Below are positions 39,901-54,700 of a DNA stretch of 64,000 nucleotides, piece by piece (the first letter of the stretch is position 1; every line of letters starts with the position of its first letter). The translations under genes were made by a program, and so were the position numbers. Location of the stretch: assembly GCA_043228905.1 (NCBI GenBank), contig JBHGNT010000017.1, positions 1,550,001 through 1,614,000 on the forward strand, in the 5' to 3' direction. Source of the stretch: Azolla caroliniana (taxonomy: Eukaryota > Plantae > Polypodiophyta). The notes beneath the pieces were generated by a model. It was given only the letters and a program-made list of their open reading frames with translations, did no database searches and had not been told where the DNA came from.

Positions 39901-42682
39901 TGGATATGTTTCTTGTACACTTATTTGTTCATTTTAGATGCAATACCTTTGTGCTACTAATTTATCCTATTCCCAAGTGCAATGATCTACTAATTAATGT
40001 GTTTGGCCTTAATCTTTACACACATTTAACTCATTGCATGTCATCCTCTACATATTGATATTGAATCACCCATGTTTAGATCTTGTTCATAATTGTTGTC
40101 TCCTTTCATTCAGCTTAATAGATTAGAGTCACCTTGAATGTGTTTGTGTTTGTGTGAAGCTAGGGGAGTTCAGGGACGACAATACTTGTCATCAAGGATA
40201 AGACAACCATGTGAGCAAAAGATTCGAAAAAAAACATGCATTTGTCCACCCCCAAGTGGTTAGTTAGAAATGACTTTTGTTCAAGTACTGCTTTGTGCAC
40301 TTTTCTTCCTTGTTTACCTTAGATAATTTTTTCCCATCTCAAAAGCATTTGAGCTAAAAGAAAAAGTTTGGTGTGGCCTACATTTTTCACATCCAATGAT
40401 GAATCTTAGTCTTGCCAGTGAGTCTAAAACAAGAAGAATATGCATTAAACACGTGGAAACTTTTCCAATTTAACCACTTCCTTTACATCATTCATAGGGA
40501 GGACTAAAATGAAAGGGAGTAATGGGAAATTCAAGGGTAAGTAAGATTATCTATATACTCCAAAGATACATGGACTCAAAGATGAGAGGACATGTGCACA
40601 TTGACATACCATAATTGGTCAACAAGACTGCCATCAAGTAGCTTTGCAAATCCAAAACCTTGCGCTTAAGTTTCAATTCAAGGGGAAACCATTGAAGAGA
40701 ACTAATTGAGATCACCATCCTCATAGGGAAATTATGAAGTATGAGGAAGGGCTTTTGAATTAAGAACGATATTTGGGATTCCCAAACATCAATTCAATTT
40801 TGCAGGAAAACAATGTAGCATTGGAAGGTCTCTACGATGTTGGGTTAAGTTTTGTATTCCACTTATTGTGAGCTCACCCAACAAATTTTGAATGAATGTT
40901 AAACATCATGAAAAGGAGCACTTGAGCACAGTTGGGTGAGCAAAATAGTTGGGATTGGATCCCTTGGTGTTGATCAAAACTAGACACAATATAACATGGT
41001 ATGATGGAAATATGACATTAATCAAGCAAGGATGCATGAGTATGTTGGCTCTAATATATATAGAAAGAAGGAGATTGACCTTGTATGTGAACCTAATGGT
41101 GGGAGTTGGTCAAGATTGTATTGTACAACCTCCAAGTCTGTGGTTTTAAGTCTTGAGCAATGGAAGCCTAATATAATGTTATCAAGGAAACTTGAATAAT
41201 TTAGAATATTAGACATGGCAATGAAGCTGGAAATTGGAAAGTAATTCTGAAGACAGATGGGCCAAATTCACTACAAATTAAAATTCAATATGAGTTATTG
41301 ATTCATAAGAGAATATCCTCAATACTTGAAATAAGGCTAAAGTGGAAGAAACCATATAAGCGTTATGTAACTTCATATGTATATGCAATTATATTTCATA
41401 GAGTGTAATTCCCTAATGCTTTCTTGAAGTCAAGGGAATAGGACATGAAAACACCATGAATGCAAGTTGTAAAATGTTGGCTCGTTGAACCATTAAACTA
41501 ACTACAAGCAATCAATCAATCAATCAATATTGTTCTTACAGTAATCAAACTAGCTACACACATATTGTGATGCCATTATATCAATATATTTGCCTTATCT
41601 TTTTCTTCTATAATAGTGGTCATGTTGGACATCACTTTTATGATATCTATCTCTTAGAACACTTAGAAAGAAGGTCCACAATCAGTCGACAAACTCAATC
41701 AGCCTAAGCATTCTCGTGTAAGTGATGTTGTAAATTTTTTGTTAAAATGTGGAGAGAAATCCTACATAGCTAATGTCAAACATGAATTGGCTCGGTTCTC
41801 TCTATGTCAAGACAACACAAAACAATCATGATGCATGTATGTATGAATAAGTTGTTGAGGAACTTATTAAAGCAATATACATAGTACATTGTCAGGACTG
41901 ATAAATTAATAATTTTTAATTCAATGCAAGGTGAATAACTTGCACATGTAAAACATATACAAGCATGCAAACTACAAAATATATGTTGGCACAATGTGAA
42001 ATGGTTGCACAATACACCATAAAGGGGACTTTAAATGTCCCTATAAACTGTGCCTACATTCACTAGGTTACATCATCCTAGTAAAATATATAAATAATGT
42101 GATGGTGTAGTAATAATGCTTGTTTTTGGCAACACTAAGGTTTGTAGTCTCAAAACAACTCTTCACGATTATTGTTGAAGATCATACACATTAAGAATCC
42201 ACTCCAATAACATGTCTTACCATAAACTAATTTTGACATTTGATCCATACCACATAGAGTGAAAACCATAACTATTAACCCTAAACACAACACAGAGAGT
42301 AAAATGTCTTAGTATAAATCATTCAAGCAAAGGTGATGCAATCTAATGTTACAACTAATAGTCAAAGGCCTACAAGTATGTATGTGGGCAAAGGCATAAA
42401 CTAGGTGCCAAATCAATAGGAGAGTTAAGAAATTTGGTGTCCCCAACTACCTAAAGTATTGCATGGTTGGCACTGCATATTTTTTTCTTTGCATATTTAC
42501 CTCAATCTCTATCTCACCAACCCTTTTAAACATTTTCACTTCTGTGTGTCACCGACCCAATCAATGCCTCCACCTCCACTTTTTTGTATCCATTAGCCAA
42601 ACATCTTCTCAATCAACTATCCAAAGTCAATAGAGAGAGATACATGACATGCCAACATGGTGTGATGTGGTCACTGGTAACC

Positions 42683-42731
<49 letters not shown>

Positions 42732-43219
42732 AGGGAGAAGAAAATAAATAACATGATTGTTCAAACATAACTAGAATAGTCCAGTAATAGCATGAGGAAA
42801 TGTAGAGGGAAGATGTTATAGGGTAATGGAAGATGTTGGAGGGTATTAACAACCAAGAAACATTTGTTGCAACAACAAGGCATCACAATTCACAAGCACT
42901 ACATTCATAAGCTACATACACATGTGTATGCATATGAACAAATATCTATACAAACATACATAATATATGCATATGTATATATAGGTACATACTTGCTTTT
43001 GGATATGGAAAGTCATAATTTGTTTTTAAAGAGCTCTAAGGTTTTAACTTCTCAACAATAACACATTTATGGGAGCAAGCGTGAAGCTTCTCAAAAAAGA
43101 AACAAGGCCACCTAGTGCTAAAGCACATTTCAAGTTTATACATATGACGGTAAAGTTTCTCTTTTGGGCAACATTAATGTCATGGGTTCAAAGCATGACC
43201 ATGTGATAAACCTTGTGGC

Positions 43220-43515
43220 TAGGAATCGACAATTGTTTGGTTTTGGAGGCTTAACCGATTTTGAAGATTTCAAACTTGAATTCAAATGGAGCCTAAACCA
43301 ATTAAGCCCAAACTGGTTTAGGCAACATTGGGGATGGCCAAGAGATAATAATAAAAATTGTAAATGACTTAACTGGTTTGAGGAAACTAGGTAGGGCTCA
43401 AGCCGAACCGAACCAACTCGAATCGGTTAAGAAAACCCATTCATGAATTGAGCCTAACTGAATTGCCAAACTGTGAAATCGTTTAATGGTTAAATGGCTA
43501 GGTTGCCGACTCCTA
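43220..43515. mobile_element. hAT-type MITE (~296 bp)
   Basis: Imperfect 13-bp TIRs TAGGAATCGACAA / TTGCCGACTCCTA (11/13); decayed 8-bp TSD CTTGTGGC / CTTGTTGA; internal AACCG/CGGTT motifs typical of hAT subtermini. Confidence 0.7.
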
Positions 43516-45149
43516 CTTGTTGACATTATAAAACCTTTTATAGAGTTTGGTTTGCCACACTTATTTGCTTTTGCTCCATAATGTCATTGACATGTTTTCC
43601 ACAAATCTATGAATGAAAAAGATAACGTTGTTGTTTACAATAATTATGGCAATATAAGCACAATAACTATAGTTTATTTACCCAACACGTCCATTGATAG
43701 GTGTAATGAGAACAATGATGGAGGTACATTACATGTCCTTGCAAACAATATAACAATAGAATTGAAGGGCAATGAGTCAATTAATAGAACATAAAGATCA
43801 TGATCTTGCACCAATATGTGCATATACAAAGTACACATCACAAATGATGAGAGGCAAGTTTTAATGGATAGAATAGAATGGTTAAGATATAATGGGTACA
43901 GAATGTAAAGTATTGAAATCTACTACGTGTCAATATATAGAACATAAAGATAAGTACATAGGATCAACAAATACACGAACTAAGACAAATATAGAGAAGT
44001 GTTCTAAGTAGATAGACCATACACATATTTAGGTTTGACGAGTGCTAGTAGATAAAAAACGAGGATCCAAACATGGCAGAAACGAATGCATGAATAGATA
44101 TATGTTTATATGTAGAGCATTAGGATGCATGTCCTTAAATAAACAAAGTGCATACATGGTATGGATAAAGGTGTACATGAGAGGTGTGCTTCATTAACCA
44201 AAATATTTGGATCGACAAAAGATAGAACTTAAGGATTAAGATTGAGAATTTACAAGGACATGGGTAGAGATACATGCAAGTTTACAAAAAAATTAGAACA
44301 CATGTGTCTTAGGAGGCAAAACATATGGGATTGATGATTGGTGTGTCTCCACAAATAGTACATATGGATCGATGGTGGGTGTGCGATGGTGGGTACTAAG
44401 TGCATGGACAGAGATAATGTACACAAATATTGACAAGAGTGTCCCGGTAGATAAAACATAAAGGATTGAGGGGGTTTAACGACTCCCAAATGATAGATAG
44501 AGCACAAGGGTCAAGGGTTGTGACGTGTAGCGACAAATAGAAACTTAAGAACTAAGTTCCTAAGGATGAATTGTGGGTCATGAAGAAGAAGAGTATGAGG
44601 ATAGTCGTGGGTGTTTTCTATCAAAGTTGGGTGTCTAGACTCTAGACATTAGCATGTGGATGCAAGGGGATAGGTTGGTAGTATGTTGGTAGCTCATGTG
44701 AAGCTTAAATTATAATACCTTGCTCGCAGCCCAATAATAATGAAGAAAACCATACGCGGGTATGTACATATGTAATTATGTAATTATGAATTAGCCAGAG
44801 AGAGATAGAGATCCAGGGTTTTAGTCAGGATGATTAGAATAAAGGCCCTTGTGCTCACAGAGCTATGGATTAGGTCAATAAAGTACCTTCCTCTCACATG
44901 GTGGGGTGAGGGGGGGGGGGGGGGGGTGTTGAGAGTATTGAAAATACATGTGATCCATCATCAACCAAAGTAGGGCTTTACAGTTGGATCTTCTTCTTTT
45001 TTGCCAGGTATTTCATTATGTTTTTACTCTCTTATGTTGACTGTGGAATATAAGTAGGCTTCATGAATTTGTAAGTGAAAACAAGAAGAAAAGTTTAGTG
45101 CTGGTTCAGGTACACTTTCCTCATCAAATTCCTTATTTTCAGTTTTTAG

Positions 45150-45535
45150 TTAGTCTTTCCCATCACTGAAATGATGTCTTTCCAGCTGAAACAAATCCTT
45201 GTAAGGATCGATGCATGTTTAACTATTCCATGTTGGGTCATTCATATTTTTAGCTAATGCATATGATATTCGGTAATTCATGTATAGATGATGCATATTT
45301 TATTGCCTCATTGGCTTTCCAGCTTAAGCAAACCCTTGTAAGGAGTGATGCATGTTTAACTATTCCACATTGGGTCATTCATATTCTAGTTAAGGCATAT
45401 GATATTCTGTAATTCATGTATAGATAATGCATATTTTATTTGGTCATTTGTCTTTTCCAGTATTTGGTTAGTCCTTGCAATCACTGAAAAGGATTGTCTT
45501 TCCAACTGAAAAGAATGCTTGTAAGAAGCTATTCA
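45150..45535. repeat. Diverged tandem duplication (~137-bp offset, two copies plus a partial third)
   Basis: CTTTCCAGCT..CAAA.CCTTGTAAGGA..GATGCATGTTTAACTATTCCA at about 45178 and 45315; partial copy near 45497. Confidence 0.75.
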
Positions 45536-47308
45536 TATTGCCCTACATCTAGGTGAACTCTTCAAATTTAGTAGTCCCATACAGTATTTAATAGTGTTCT
45601 ACTTATACAAGGGCTGCCTATATTTTGGGGTTATTCAATAGCGTCTTTGCTCATAAATAGGTTTGTTGTTCTACTTATACAAGATGCTCTTCTTATGGCC
45701 TAATGGATATCTAGTAAGAACAGATACACGTACACGAACATATGTAATTATCACTAGTCTGGAGTCATAGATCTTATCTTAAAAGAAGCCAGGAATGTTG
45801 TAATCTTGTATTATACTGGACTCTGCCATAGCTGCACATTATTTGATCCAGATGAAGGTGTCTTCTTAGTTTCCTCTCACTCCCCTGGTTTACAATGCAC
45901 ACCATTGCTTCAGATGACTTTGCTCAAATTCCCTTTGATATGAGATTTCACATTGGGGCACCAGTGAAGAGACTCATCGGCTATGCATGTTTTGCTTGGA
46001 ACAAGTTTGCAAGTCTGACTCTGTCATTCTCTTTCAATGCCCTCCATCCAAAACTTACTTTTCTCTCACATTGTCAACCTCACCATATATATCCCTAGGG
46101 TCTACACAATGACAGAGATTGTTTGAATGGAGGATCATATATCATCTCAGTGTCAATCTGTGGGTCATGTTGCCCTCCCCCTGCAGATGCATATATATCA
46201 TCGTGTCTCTCAGGCACAGTGTGCACTCTCAATTGAAACACTAATTAATAAAACTCTTGAAATTCAGGACTCGCTTATTCAACTCTATGCATTATGTGAA
46301 CATGCTCCTTTCTCTATCAAAAGGCAGGTATCAACTCCATAGGTCATTTTTTATCTCTGAGAAGAATAATCAAGATCTTTCACCATCTCATTAATGGATT
46401 CATGTGAAAAGCTGAATTTGTCTTAAGAGGAAATGCCACATGTTTATTTGGCCTTTTATTAAAGATAATGAATGATACATCAACTATAATAATGATGTTG
46501 ATTCTTTTAAATGTCTAATGAGAAGACATAAAGGGGTGGGGGGGTGTTTGCTTTAGCTACTAGCCAGAGAACCAACCTGTCTGTTGGGGTTGATGGCTGC
46601 AATATTGAAGAGTTCATACGATGATCCTAGTAGACAGCAGGCCACCTAGAGTGGTGAGGTAGTGTTCCCTTTTCCTCTCATATAGCTACTAGCCAGAGAT
46701 CCAACCTGTCTGTCAAGGTTGACGAAAAATACGAGATCGAAGAGTTCTCGTGACAATGCTTGTAAGATCTTGTGGCTGGCTCTAAGTGACTTCAAAAGCA
46801 TCCCATCCTTCACAAATGTAGTGTGTGTGTGTGTGTGTAAATATATATAGATAGACAGATATATAGATATGTAAACCATCATAAAGATGGTATCACTTGG
46901 TCAGAATCTCAGTTCCTTGCCTTCCTTGATTTAAAGTAAAGACTGAGGTGAGGGTATGAATACAGTGGTCCAATAAGTCTGCCAGATGTTTTTGGAATCT
47001 TCAGCAATTATAGGTTGATCTGATAATGGAAACTGTAAATCCTCTTGCTTAAACTTGGCATGACTTGTATATATGCATATGCGTTATTGCACTGTCCTTA
47101 TGCATTTACTTGATAGAAGTTTGTAATTCTCTTTGGTTTGCAATGCAGAAGATGATGTAAAGGATTGGATCAGCGGTATTCCTTTAATGAATATGTTTCA
47201 GAATAACCTGAAGAGAATCCATATATTTTTTGCATAAAGCGTGAGATCTTCAAGGTTTTTCAGGTATTATATAGGAGCCCAACAAGGTTATTAGGTTTGC
47301 ATTTGAAA

Positions 47309-48023
47309 ATGGATACTATTAATACAAGGGAAAACACAAAAAATTCTCCTTGTGTGGATGTTCGAACTCCAAATTCTTCAAGGAGAGCATCACTAGATTG
47401 CAACAGAGGTGATTGGTTATCTCCACAGTTGTCTACAGGGAGATTGGGCAGAAAAATACAAATAGAAAACAAAAGAGAGAGAAGATATAGTGAGAGCGAT
47501 AGCATACGGAGGACGAGTACTAGTGAAAAGGGTCAAGTATGTCAAAAATAATGAACAGAAATCATGGTGCTTTGTTGTTCACTTATAAAGATGTGTACTA
47601 TATAAAATACTTTGTGATTTTGTTTAGTTCAAAGAGGGTTCCTTGGTCCCAAAATTCGGGGACTGGGACGTAAATGATCCATCATGCGGCGTAGGATTCA
47701 CTGCTGTTTTTGAAAGAGCAGCAAATGAGAAGAGGACAGGTGGATGTGTTCATGTTTCTCCCAAGCCATTGACATTCAGAAGTTCTTCTAAAAAGGTAGA
47801 AACTCTATATCTTCTTTCTTTTGGTAATACTTTTCCTCAAACTTTGTTCCTTGTCACAAGTATTTTATATGGATAGTACATAAATAGCATTTGTTCATGT
47901 TGATTGCCCAGTAAAACTATGTCAATCCTATGTTGCATCTTAATTTGAAACCAATTATAACTGCAGAAGTTATTTGGCCATTTTGCTGAGTTCCCTAGCA
48001 AAATGTTGTTGTATGAAGGGTGA
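47309..48023 (+). CDS. RIN4/NOI-domain protein (AvrRpt2 cleavage-site family), ~150 aa
   Basis: Exons 47309-47536, 47628-47795, 47967-48023. NOI motif VPKFGDWDVNDPSCGVGFTAVFERAANEKRTG. Start codon and last exon are less certain. Confidence 0.8.
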
Positions 48024-51000
48024 AAACTTTACATCCTTGTGTTAGAGCTGTATGAAGGATTGAATCTCATGAAAAAAAAGGAAGGAAAATTCCCTTTAGC
48101 TCGTTTTGTTTTCTTTTTTCTGCATAGTATTTTCTTATTGAAAGGCATAAGATTTTCTCCATTTTTTTCTATACTTGTCTGTATTGGTCTTATGACTATT
48201 TTCTTTTTGCTTTTTTAATTTGAATGTTGTATTGTAGTATTGGATCTTGTAAGTCAATTTCATCTTTCGTACACATATTTATCAAATGCAATAGAAACAC
48301 AAAAAAGTAAATCTTGTTAAATAAATTGCGTTGTCAAGATTCAACTGTTTTAATCATAGTCGACACGTCCTTTGATGGAATTATCGTGGAAATTCTCTAT
48401 TGAATATTTGTTTTTGTAACTTCCCACCATAATATCGATTTCAAGCATTTCTTGGTTTTGGTTCCATGGATTTTCTTTTTTCCAGAAACAATGCTATTGG
48501 TGGTGCTATCCTAGAAAGGGTAATTCCATGGTGGACACATGATTTAACCAATGCTTAACAAGGTTGGGTTTTGATTAGATATAGTATATGCTTATTTTCT
48601 TTTCATATATTATGATCAGCTATGTGCTTGCAAACGTCAACTGTATAGCAATATTTTGTCTTGACATGGACAAAGGATGTTTGTTAAGCTATAAATTTTG
48701 CTTGTGGCATTCTGTTAAGACAATCTGTAATATTTAATGATCAACTGATAACATTGATTCTCTACCTAATAAAATGATAAAACTACCAAGTGGTAGAAGG
48801 CTCGCTGCAATGCGAAAATGGATTTTGGACACATGTACATTAATGGCTTTTATTAACTAAAGCTATTTAGATTAAAATCAAAGGACGCCATTCAGCTTTG
48901 CCCCTAGGAAGGCAGCACTATTGTTTTATTTCTTTAGTTGCGAAGAATGATTTTGTAAAGCTGTTGTTTTTGGAGAGGTGCAATAGTTTGAGGGATTAAT
49001 CCAAATATTATGGTTCCACACATTACCTTAGGCCAGTATTGGAAACATACTGAATCAATTCCATCAAAGTGTGTGAACATTGTGGTATGGGTGCGGTGGG
49101 GTTTAGGCTTTAGGGTAAAATATTGTTGAGACAATTGGGTCGATAAATTATAATGTGTTCATAATAGAGACATGTTGGCACATTAGCATGCATGTATGAA
49201 ATAAGAGTAATCAGAGTCATCAAGACATGCATGATAGGATGTTCATGGATCATAAAATTTTCATGGTGAAGATGTTGTTAGTGAATGAACATGTTTAAGA
49301 TATCAAAAATCACATTCATTGATGTATGCAATTGAAGTTTAAGAATGATAATTGCCAATTATTATAGTATCCACCATTAGGCTGTAAAAACAACTATAGC
49401 TGCAATGCATGTGTTATACCATTTATGAAACCCAATGCATATAAGCTATATTGGATGCAAGTTTGATTACTTTGCTATAAAAACTTGTGATAGTAGTATA
49501 TAGGGCTTGCATGATCATCTCACTTTTTTTATTGCATTCTTGGCATCACTTTTAACTGTTAGTCGTGATAATTAATTTCCAACGCCATATTTTTTTATAG
49601 CAGTCTGTCTTTTTGCACAATTTCATGCCAAAGTATGAAGGATTTTTGTAATGTGCATGAAATGAAATTCATTTCTAAATGCTTGAGCACTTGAACTTAA
49701 AAGTTTGCAAAGCAAGAGCTTTGGAAGCACAATTTAATGTGTGTATACATACGTCAAATTATTTTAACAGGTAGGCTTGACCAAATTGGTGGGACATAGA
49801 AAGAGCTTTATTTGATGTGTGCAACAATACTTTGACAATGCCCTGTAGCACATAAAATCCATGTGTACCATACTGCTAATACTACATTATATCATGGGTC
49901 ATCCTCAATGTTCATGATGTTTGATTTACAGAATATATCTAAATTGCTTTTCAGGAGTTGTTTAACAAGAGTTCAATGTGGTCGAAAAAAATTCACAATC
50001 ACATGTCAAATGCTATCTGGTTTTGGGATACACATAGTATAATTAACACGAAAGCCATTTTCATATCACATTCTAGACTTGACCGAAACCATTTAAGGAT
50101 ATTGTAAGAACATTGGGTTTCAATCCCCGAAATAATGTCAAATGAGAAATAATCACCTATGTCCTACATTAAAACAACAATTTGCTAGCTTCAAACAAGA
50201 TTTTTTAAATGGATAGGACATTATTGAAATATTCTTTTGTTCCATTAGTAAGATATTTGGGTGGATAAACAATAAACTATTGACTAGTGAATGTAGCAAT
50301 ATTGTTTGTAAGCAAATTGATGTATATGTTATAGAAGCAAAGATTGTTTATGTCAATATTGTACCTTAAGTTGGGGATGGAATCACCTGCATCTATGGTC
50401 TCACTAAAGAAATGGCCAACAATTGGCAACATCTAAGCATTGTACAATAGGACAGACGACTCAAGTATACATGATCAAATCATACATTCTTTTTATTGGT
50501 TGCTTCGTCTCTGATTGGTCTATGATATTTCATTATTTGAATTGTTGTGCTAAGCTAAATAGATGTGGTGACAATGTTGTTCCCATTTAACTCACACGCG
50601 AAAGAAATAACATGTTTTTGAATATGAAGGTGTATGATCATTGTTTATTGCTATTGCTAGAAAGTATGACTGCTTTTTTGTTTCATAATGAATGCAATAT
50701 CATACCAACTACCACTTAATATCAAGCCTTAAACAACATGTAAAAAGTGTCACCACTATCCCATCTTGGTTGCAAGTTTGGGTTTTAAATTAACTGATTT
50801 CATCCCATTTCTCTTCCATGCATAACCTTTTTTGCACAATGAAGAGAGCTCATAACATAGTCGAATCACCACGTAATCTCACAATTTTTGGTAAACAATT
50901 ATAAGCAAGTAGGGGGGTTGTGTCCCATGGGAAAAATAGTAATCTATACTAGCACTTGAAATATTTCCAACATTCATTCAAGTTTAAGGACTCGACAACT

Positions 51001-51537
51001 AGTTTAGGCATTTTAGTGGAGGATACTTTTATTTTCCCCAAACAAAAGTTTATAATTGATTTCATACCTCTCTAACTCCGATCATAGCATTACTGATGCT
51101 ACCTTCTCCATGCAATTTAGTTGTACGCATCACGAGAAATGTTGTCTCTGCATCCCAATATAGTATCTTCAAAAACCACATGCGTCTTCTCGATATCCTT
51201 AACCCTAGCATCCCACGGTATTGTCCCCCTCACTGACCGACTTGTAGTAGCTCATGATGAAGGCTTAGGTGTCCTTGACAGATTGTTAGATAGCTCAAGA
51301 CTACTATGCGAGCTCTCGAAATCTAGATTGAAACATGACATGATATTGTCCCCTCCACTTGTCTGAGTCATATATATGTATAGGTCACGAGACATCTATG
51401 ACTGGGACATTGGTACATGGGTGGACACTGGACACACACACATACACACTTCTCATGTTCTAGGCAAACTTCAAAGCAATCCAATGAAAATTACAATCCC
51501 AAGATGGAATTAATGCTATCTATCTACTACACCACGA

Positions 51538-51675
51538 AAGAGAGAGAGAGAGAGAGAGAGAGTTTTGGACGCGTGTCCGGCCAGGGGACGGATTCACACC
51601 GTCCGGACAAAAGTACGTGGCTTAGTTAAATGATTCTCTCTCTTTCTCTCTCTATCTCTCTCTCACACACACACT

Positions 51676-51718
<43 letters not shown>

Positions 51719-51732
51719 CTCTCTCTCTCTCT
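51538..51732. repeat. (GA)n, (TC)n and (CA)n microsatellites in the Tudor-SN promoter/leader
   Basis: Dinucleotide runs visible directly. Confidence 0.9.
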
Positions 51733-51796
51733 CCCCATTAATTCAGCTCAAGCCTCAGATCATTCTGAAGCCGGAAGAAGCAAGGAGAAGAAAGAA

Positions 51797-54700
51797 ATGG
51801 CTACGCAATGGCTGAGGGGTACTGTGAAATCTGTTCCTTCTGGAGATTCTCTTCTCATCATGGGAAGCGTTCAAAGTGGAGCTCCTCCTGAGAAAACGAT
51901 TACTCTTTCTTCTCTCATTTCTCCCAGATTGGTAAATTCCCCTCTCAATTATAATTTTTTTCCCATTCTCATCTCGTTCAAGATATTCTCTGTTTGTCTT
52001 TGTAAGTAGTTTTGGATTCAATACTTTCTTTTTTATATTGACCATTGGACTATATTATAGCTCTAGATCAAACACTCTAGCTAATGTTTAGCTTTAGATT
52101 GAAACTTTTAGCTATCTTTTTAGGTTTAGATTGAATAATTTAGCTGTGAACTTTAGCCTCGAGTTTTGGAGTTTGAAATCTAGTTTGTTCTCGAATGTAA
52201 TTGAGATTAAAAATATAATGAAGCCTGCCTTAAGAAAAAACTTCTTTGATTCTGTTTCTCAAACGGCTCATTTGCTAATGATATGCATACTATATCTATG
52301 CGATAAGGTGACAAAGCATCCAATCTTATCTGCAGTTAAGAATGTGCTATCACGTGATATGATCCATGATCAAGAAATTAAAAGTATCCAATCTGATCTA
52401 CAGTGAAAGTTGAAAACATCCAATCAGAAAAATTCAGTAGATAAGAACTATCCAAGATTATCCACAATTAAGAAGATAGAAGCATCCACTCTGATTTACA
52501 ATTAAGAATATTAAGAATTTAATCTGATCTTTTCCCACATTGTGGCAATACTTCTTTGTGATGTTATTTTCAGGCACGGCGTGGAGGCCAAGATGATCCA
52601 TTTGCCTGGGAAAGCCGTGAGTTCCTTCGAAAGAAATGCATTGGCAAGGTATTGTCTTATGTTAAAGATGATTTAGGTTTTCTTTAAGGTAGTTTTCTCT
52701 TGGCATATCAGTTGTAGAATTGGTTCATGCTAATTCCCTTCGAAGATGTGTTTACGATCAGTTAAGGCTGATTTGATCATCTGAAGGATGGGTTCTGGAT
52801 TTATTAAGATTATTTAAGGCTAATTTTCTCTTCAAAGATGTGTTAGGATTTGTTATGGCTCGCTTGAATGTCATAAGGATAGGTTTAAGACCAGCTGGAT
52901 GTATTAAAGTTGGGTTTAGCACTGGTTTAAGACTTTCTTTCTTGTGTGAAAAATGGTTTACGTTTGATTTTTTAAGGCCAAATTTTGCATGGTAATGTGG
53001 GTTTAGGATTAGTTTAAGGTTGGCTAGCTCATGTTAAATATGAATTTAGAATTGATTTTAAGACTGGATTGCTCATGCCAATTATAGTTTGGGATTGTCT
53101 TACGTTTGGACAGCTTGCCTAAAAGATGGCTTTAGGATTGATTTCAAGGCTCAATTGCTTCTGCAAAAAAATTGGTTTGGGGTTGATTAGCTCGTGCTAA
53201 AGATGGGTTTCTGATTGGTTAAGCAGGATGAATCATGTTAAAAACGATTTATAGATGGTTTAGGCTTTGTTAAGGCTGGATCTCTCCCAGTAACAATGGG
53301 CTAAATTTTGGTTTAAGGATGGCTGTCTTGTTTGGAAGATTGAATTGCATCCAGGATGACTGGCTTATATTAAACATTGATCAAGTTAGTTTGAGGATAT
53401 GTGGTGGTATATATGTGTATTTAGATCAGTTGAATGTTTACTCTCTGCGTGGAAGTTGGTTTTCAGGATTAATTTAAGTCTGCTGATTCTTGTTAAATAT
53501 AGGTTTGTTATTGGTTTTGACTTTTAATTGGTGGATGCATCTATCGGTTGTATTCAAGATTGGTAAAGGCTAGGCTGGATGGTAAGTATCAAAGATCGCA
53601 TAAAATTGGGTTTCTTGCTGTTTAATACTGCCAAGCTTGTGTAAAAGTCAGATGGATCTTGCTAATTAAACATTTAAATCTGGCTAGTTCATTTTAAAGG
53701 TTGCTTAAGGCTGCATGATCTGTAAAATATGGGTTTAGGATTACGTTGCAAGCAGACTTTTCCTCTTATGTGTACTGATTCGTATGCAGGATGTCATTTT
53801 CCGGGTGGACTACACAGTTGCAGCTATTAATAGAGATTTTGGATCGGTTTTCATGGGAGAAACTAACCTTGCACTGGAGGTGGTTAGTCAAGGATGGGCA
53901 AAGGTAGGATGATGGTTACTAATGATGAGTTCTTGAATCAATTGTGTTCTAATGGTTTTTGTTACCTCTTCAAAATGTAGGTTCGTCCCCAAATTGGACA
54001 AAATACTAGTGAGCTTAGTCCTTTCATTGCAGAGTTGGAGCAGCTGGAAGAGCAGGCAAAGCAAAAAGGACTTGGAATATGGAACAAAGCAAGTTTATCT
54101 CTGTTTGGAGTATTTAACTGTTGTTATAGTTTTAGCTTTCTATTTGAGAAATGGATGATAGTTTCTAATGTCTCGTCTCCCAAATAAGCTTCTGTTTTGA
54201 GTGTCAACTCGTTCTTCCCTTTCCATTTGCTCAAGGTTCTCATGGTATGCATGTGATGTGCCATAGTACGGTGTATTTATTGTATTTTAAGATCTATATC
54301 ATACAATACTGTAAATATGATGAAGAAAAAACAATTACATATTTAAGCATAAAAAATCGCAAACCTTAATGATTCAATAGAATAGAGAACGGTAAAATCC
54401 CATAACTTGGAAAGTAGATGAAAATTTTAAATATCCAAAATCCTTTGAGAACGTCCCGGAATCTCCCATGTTGCTTTTTCTCTTTCACAATGACGACTTA
54501 GACAGTAGAAGAGATAGAAAAGTAGGAACTTTTAAGCTCAAATAAGAACAAAGTATAAGAATGAGAAGCTGAAGGACATTTGCTCCACGAAAATGGTTGC
54601 TGAAGGTTGTCGATTAGAAAATAAAATATGGGTTTTGTTAATTTTGCTTGCACATTAAAGCATCTTCTTGGCAATGACGAGATTGCTGATTTATTATGAA

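Noticed and set aside
37400-42500. Possible decayed TE coding sequence
   Set aside because: AT-rich, with no diagnostic motif, TIR/LTR or TSD recognisable by eye.
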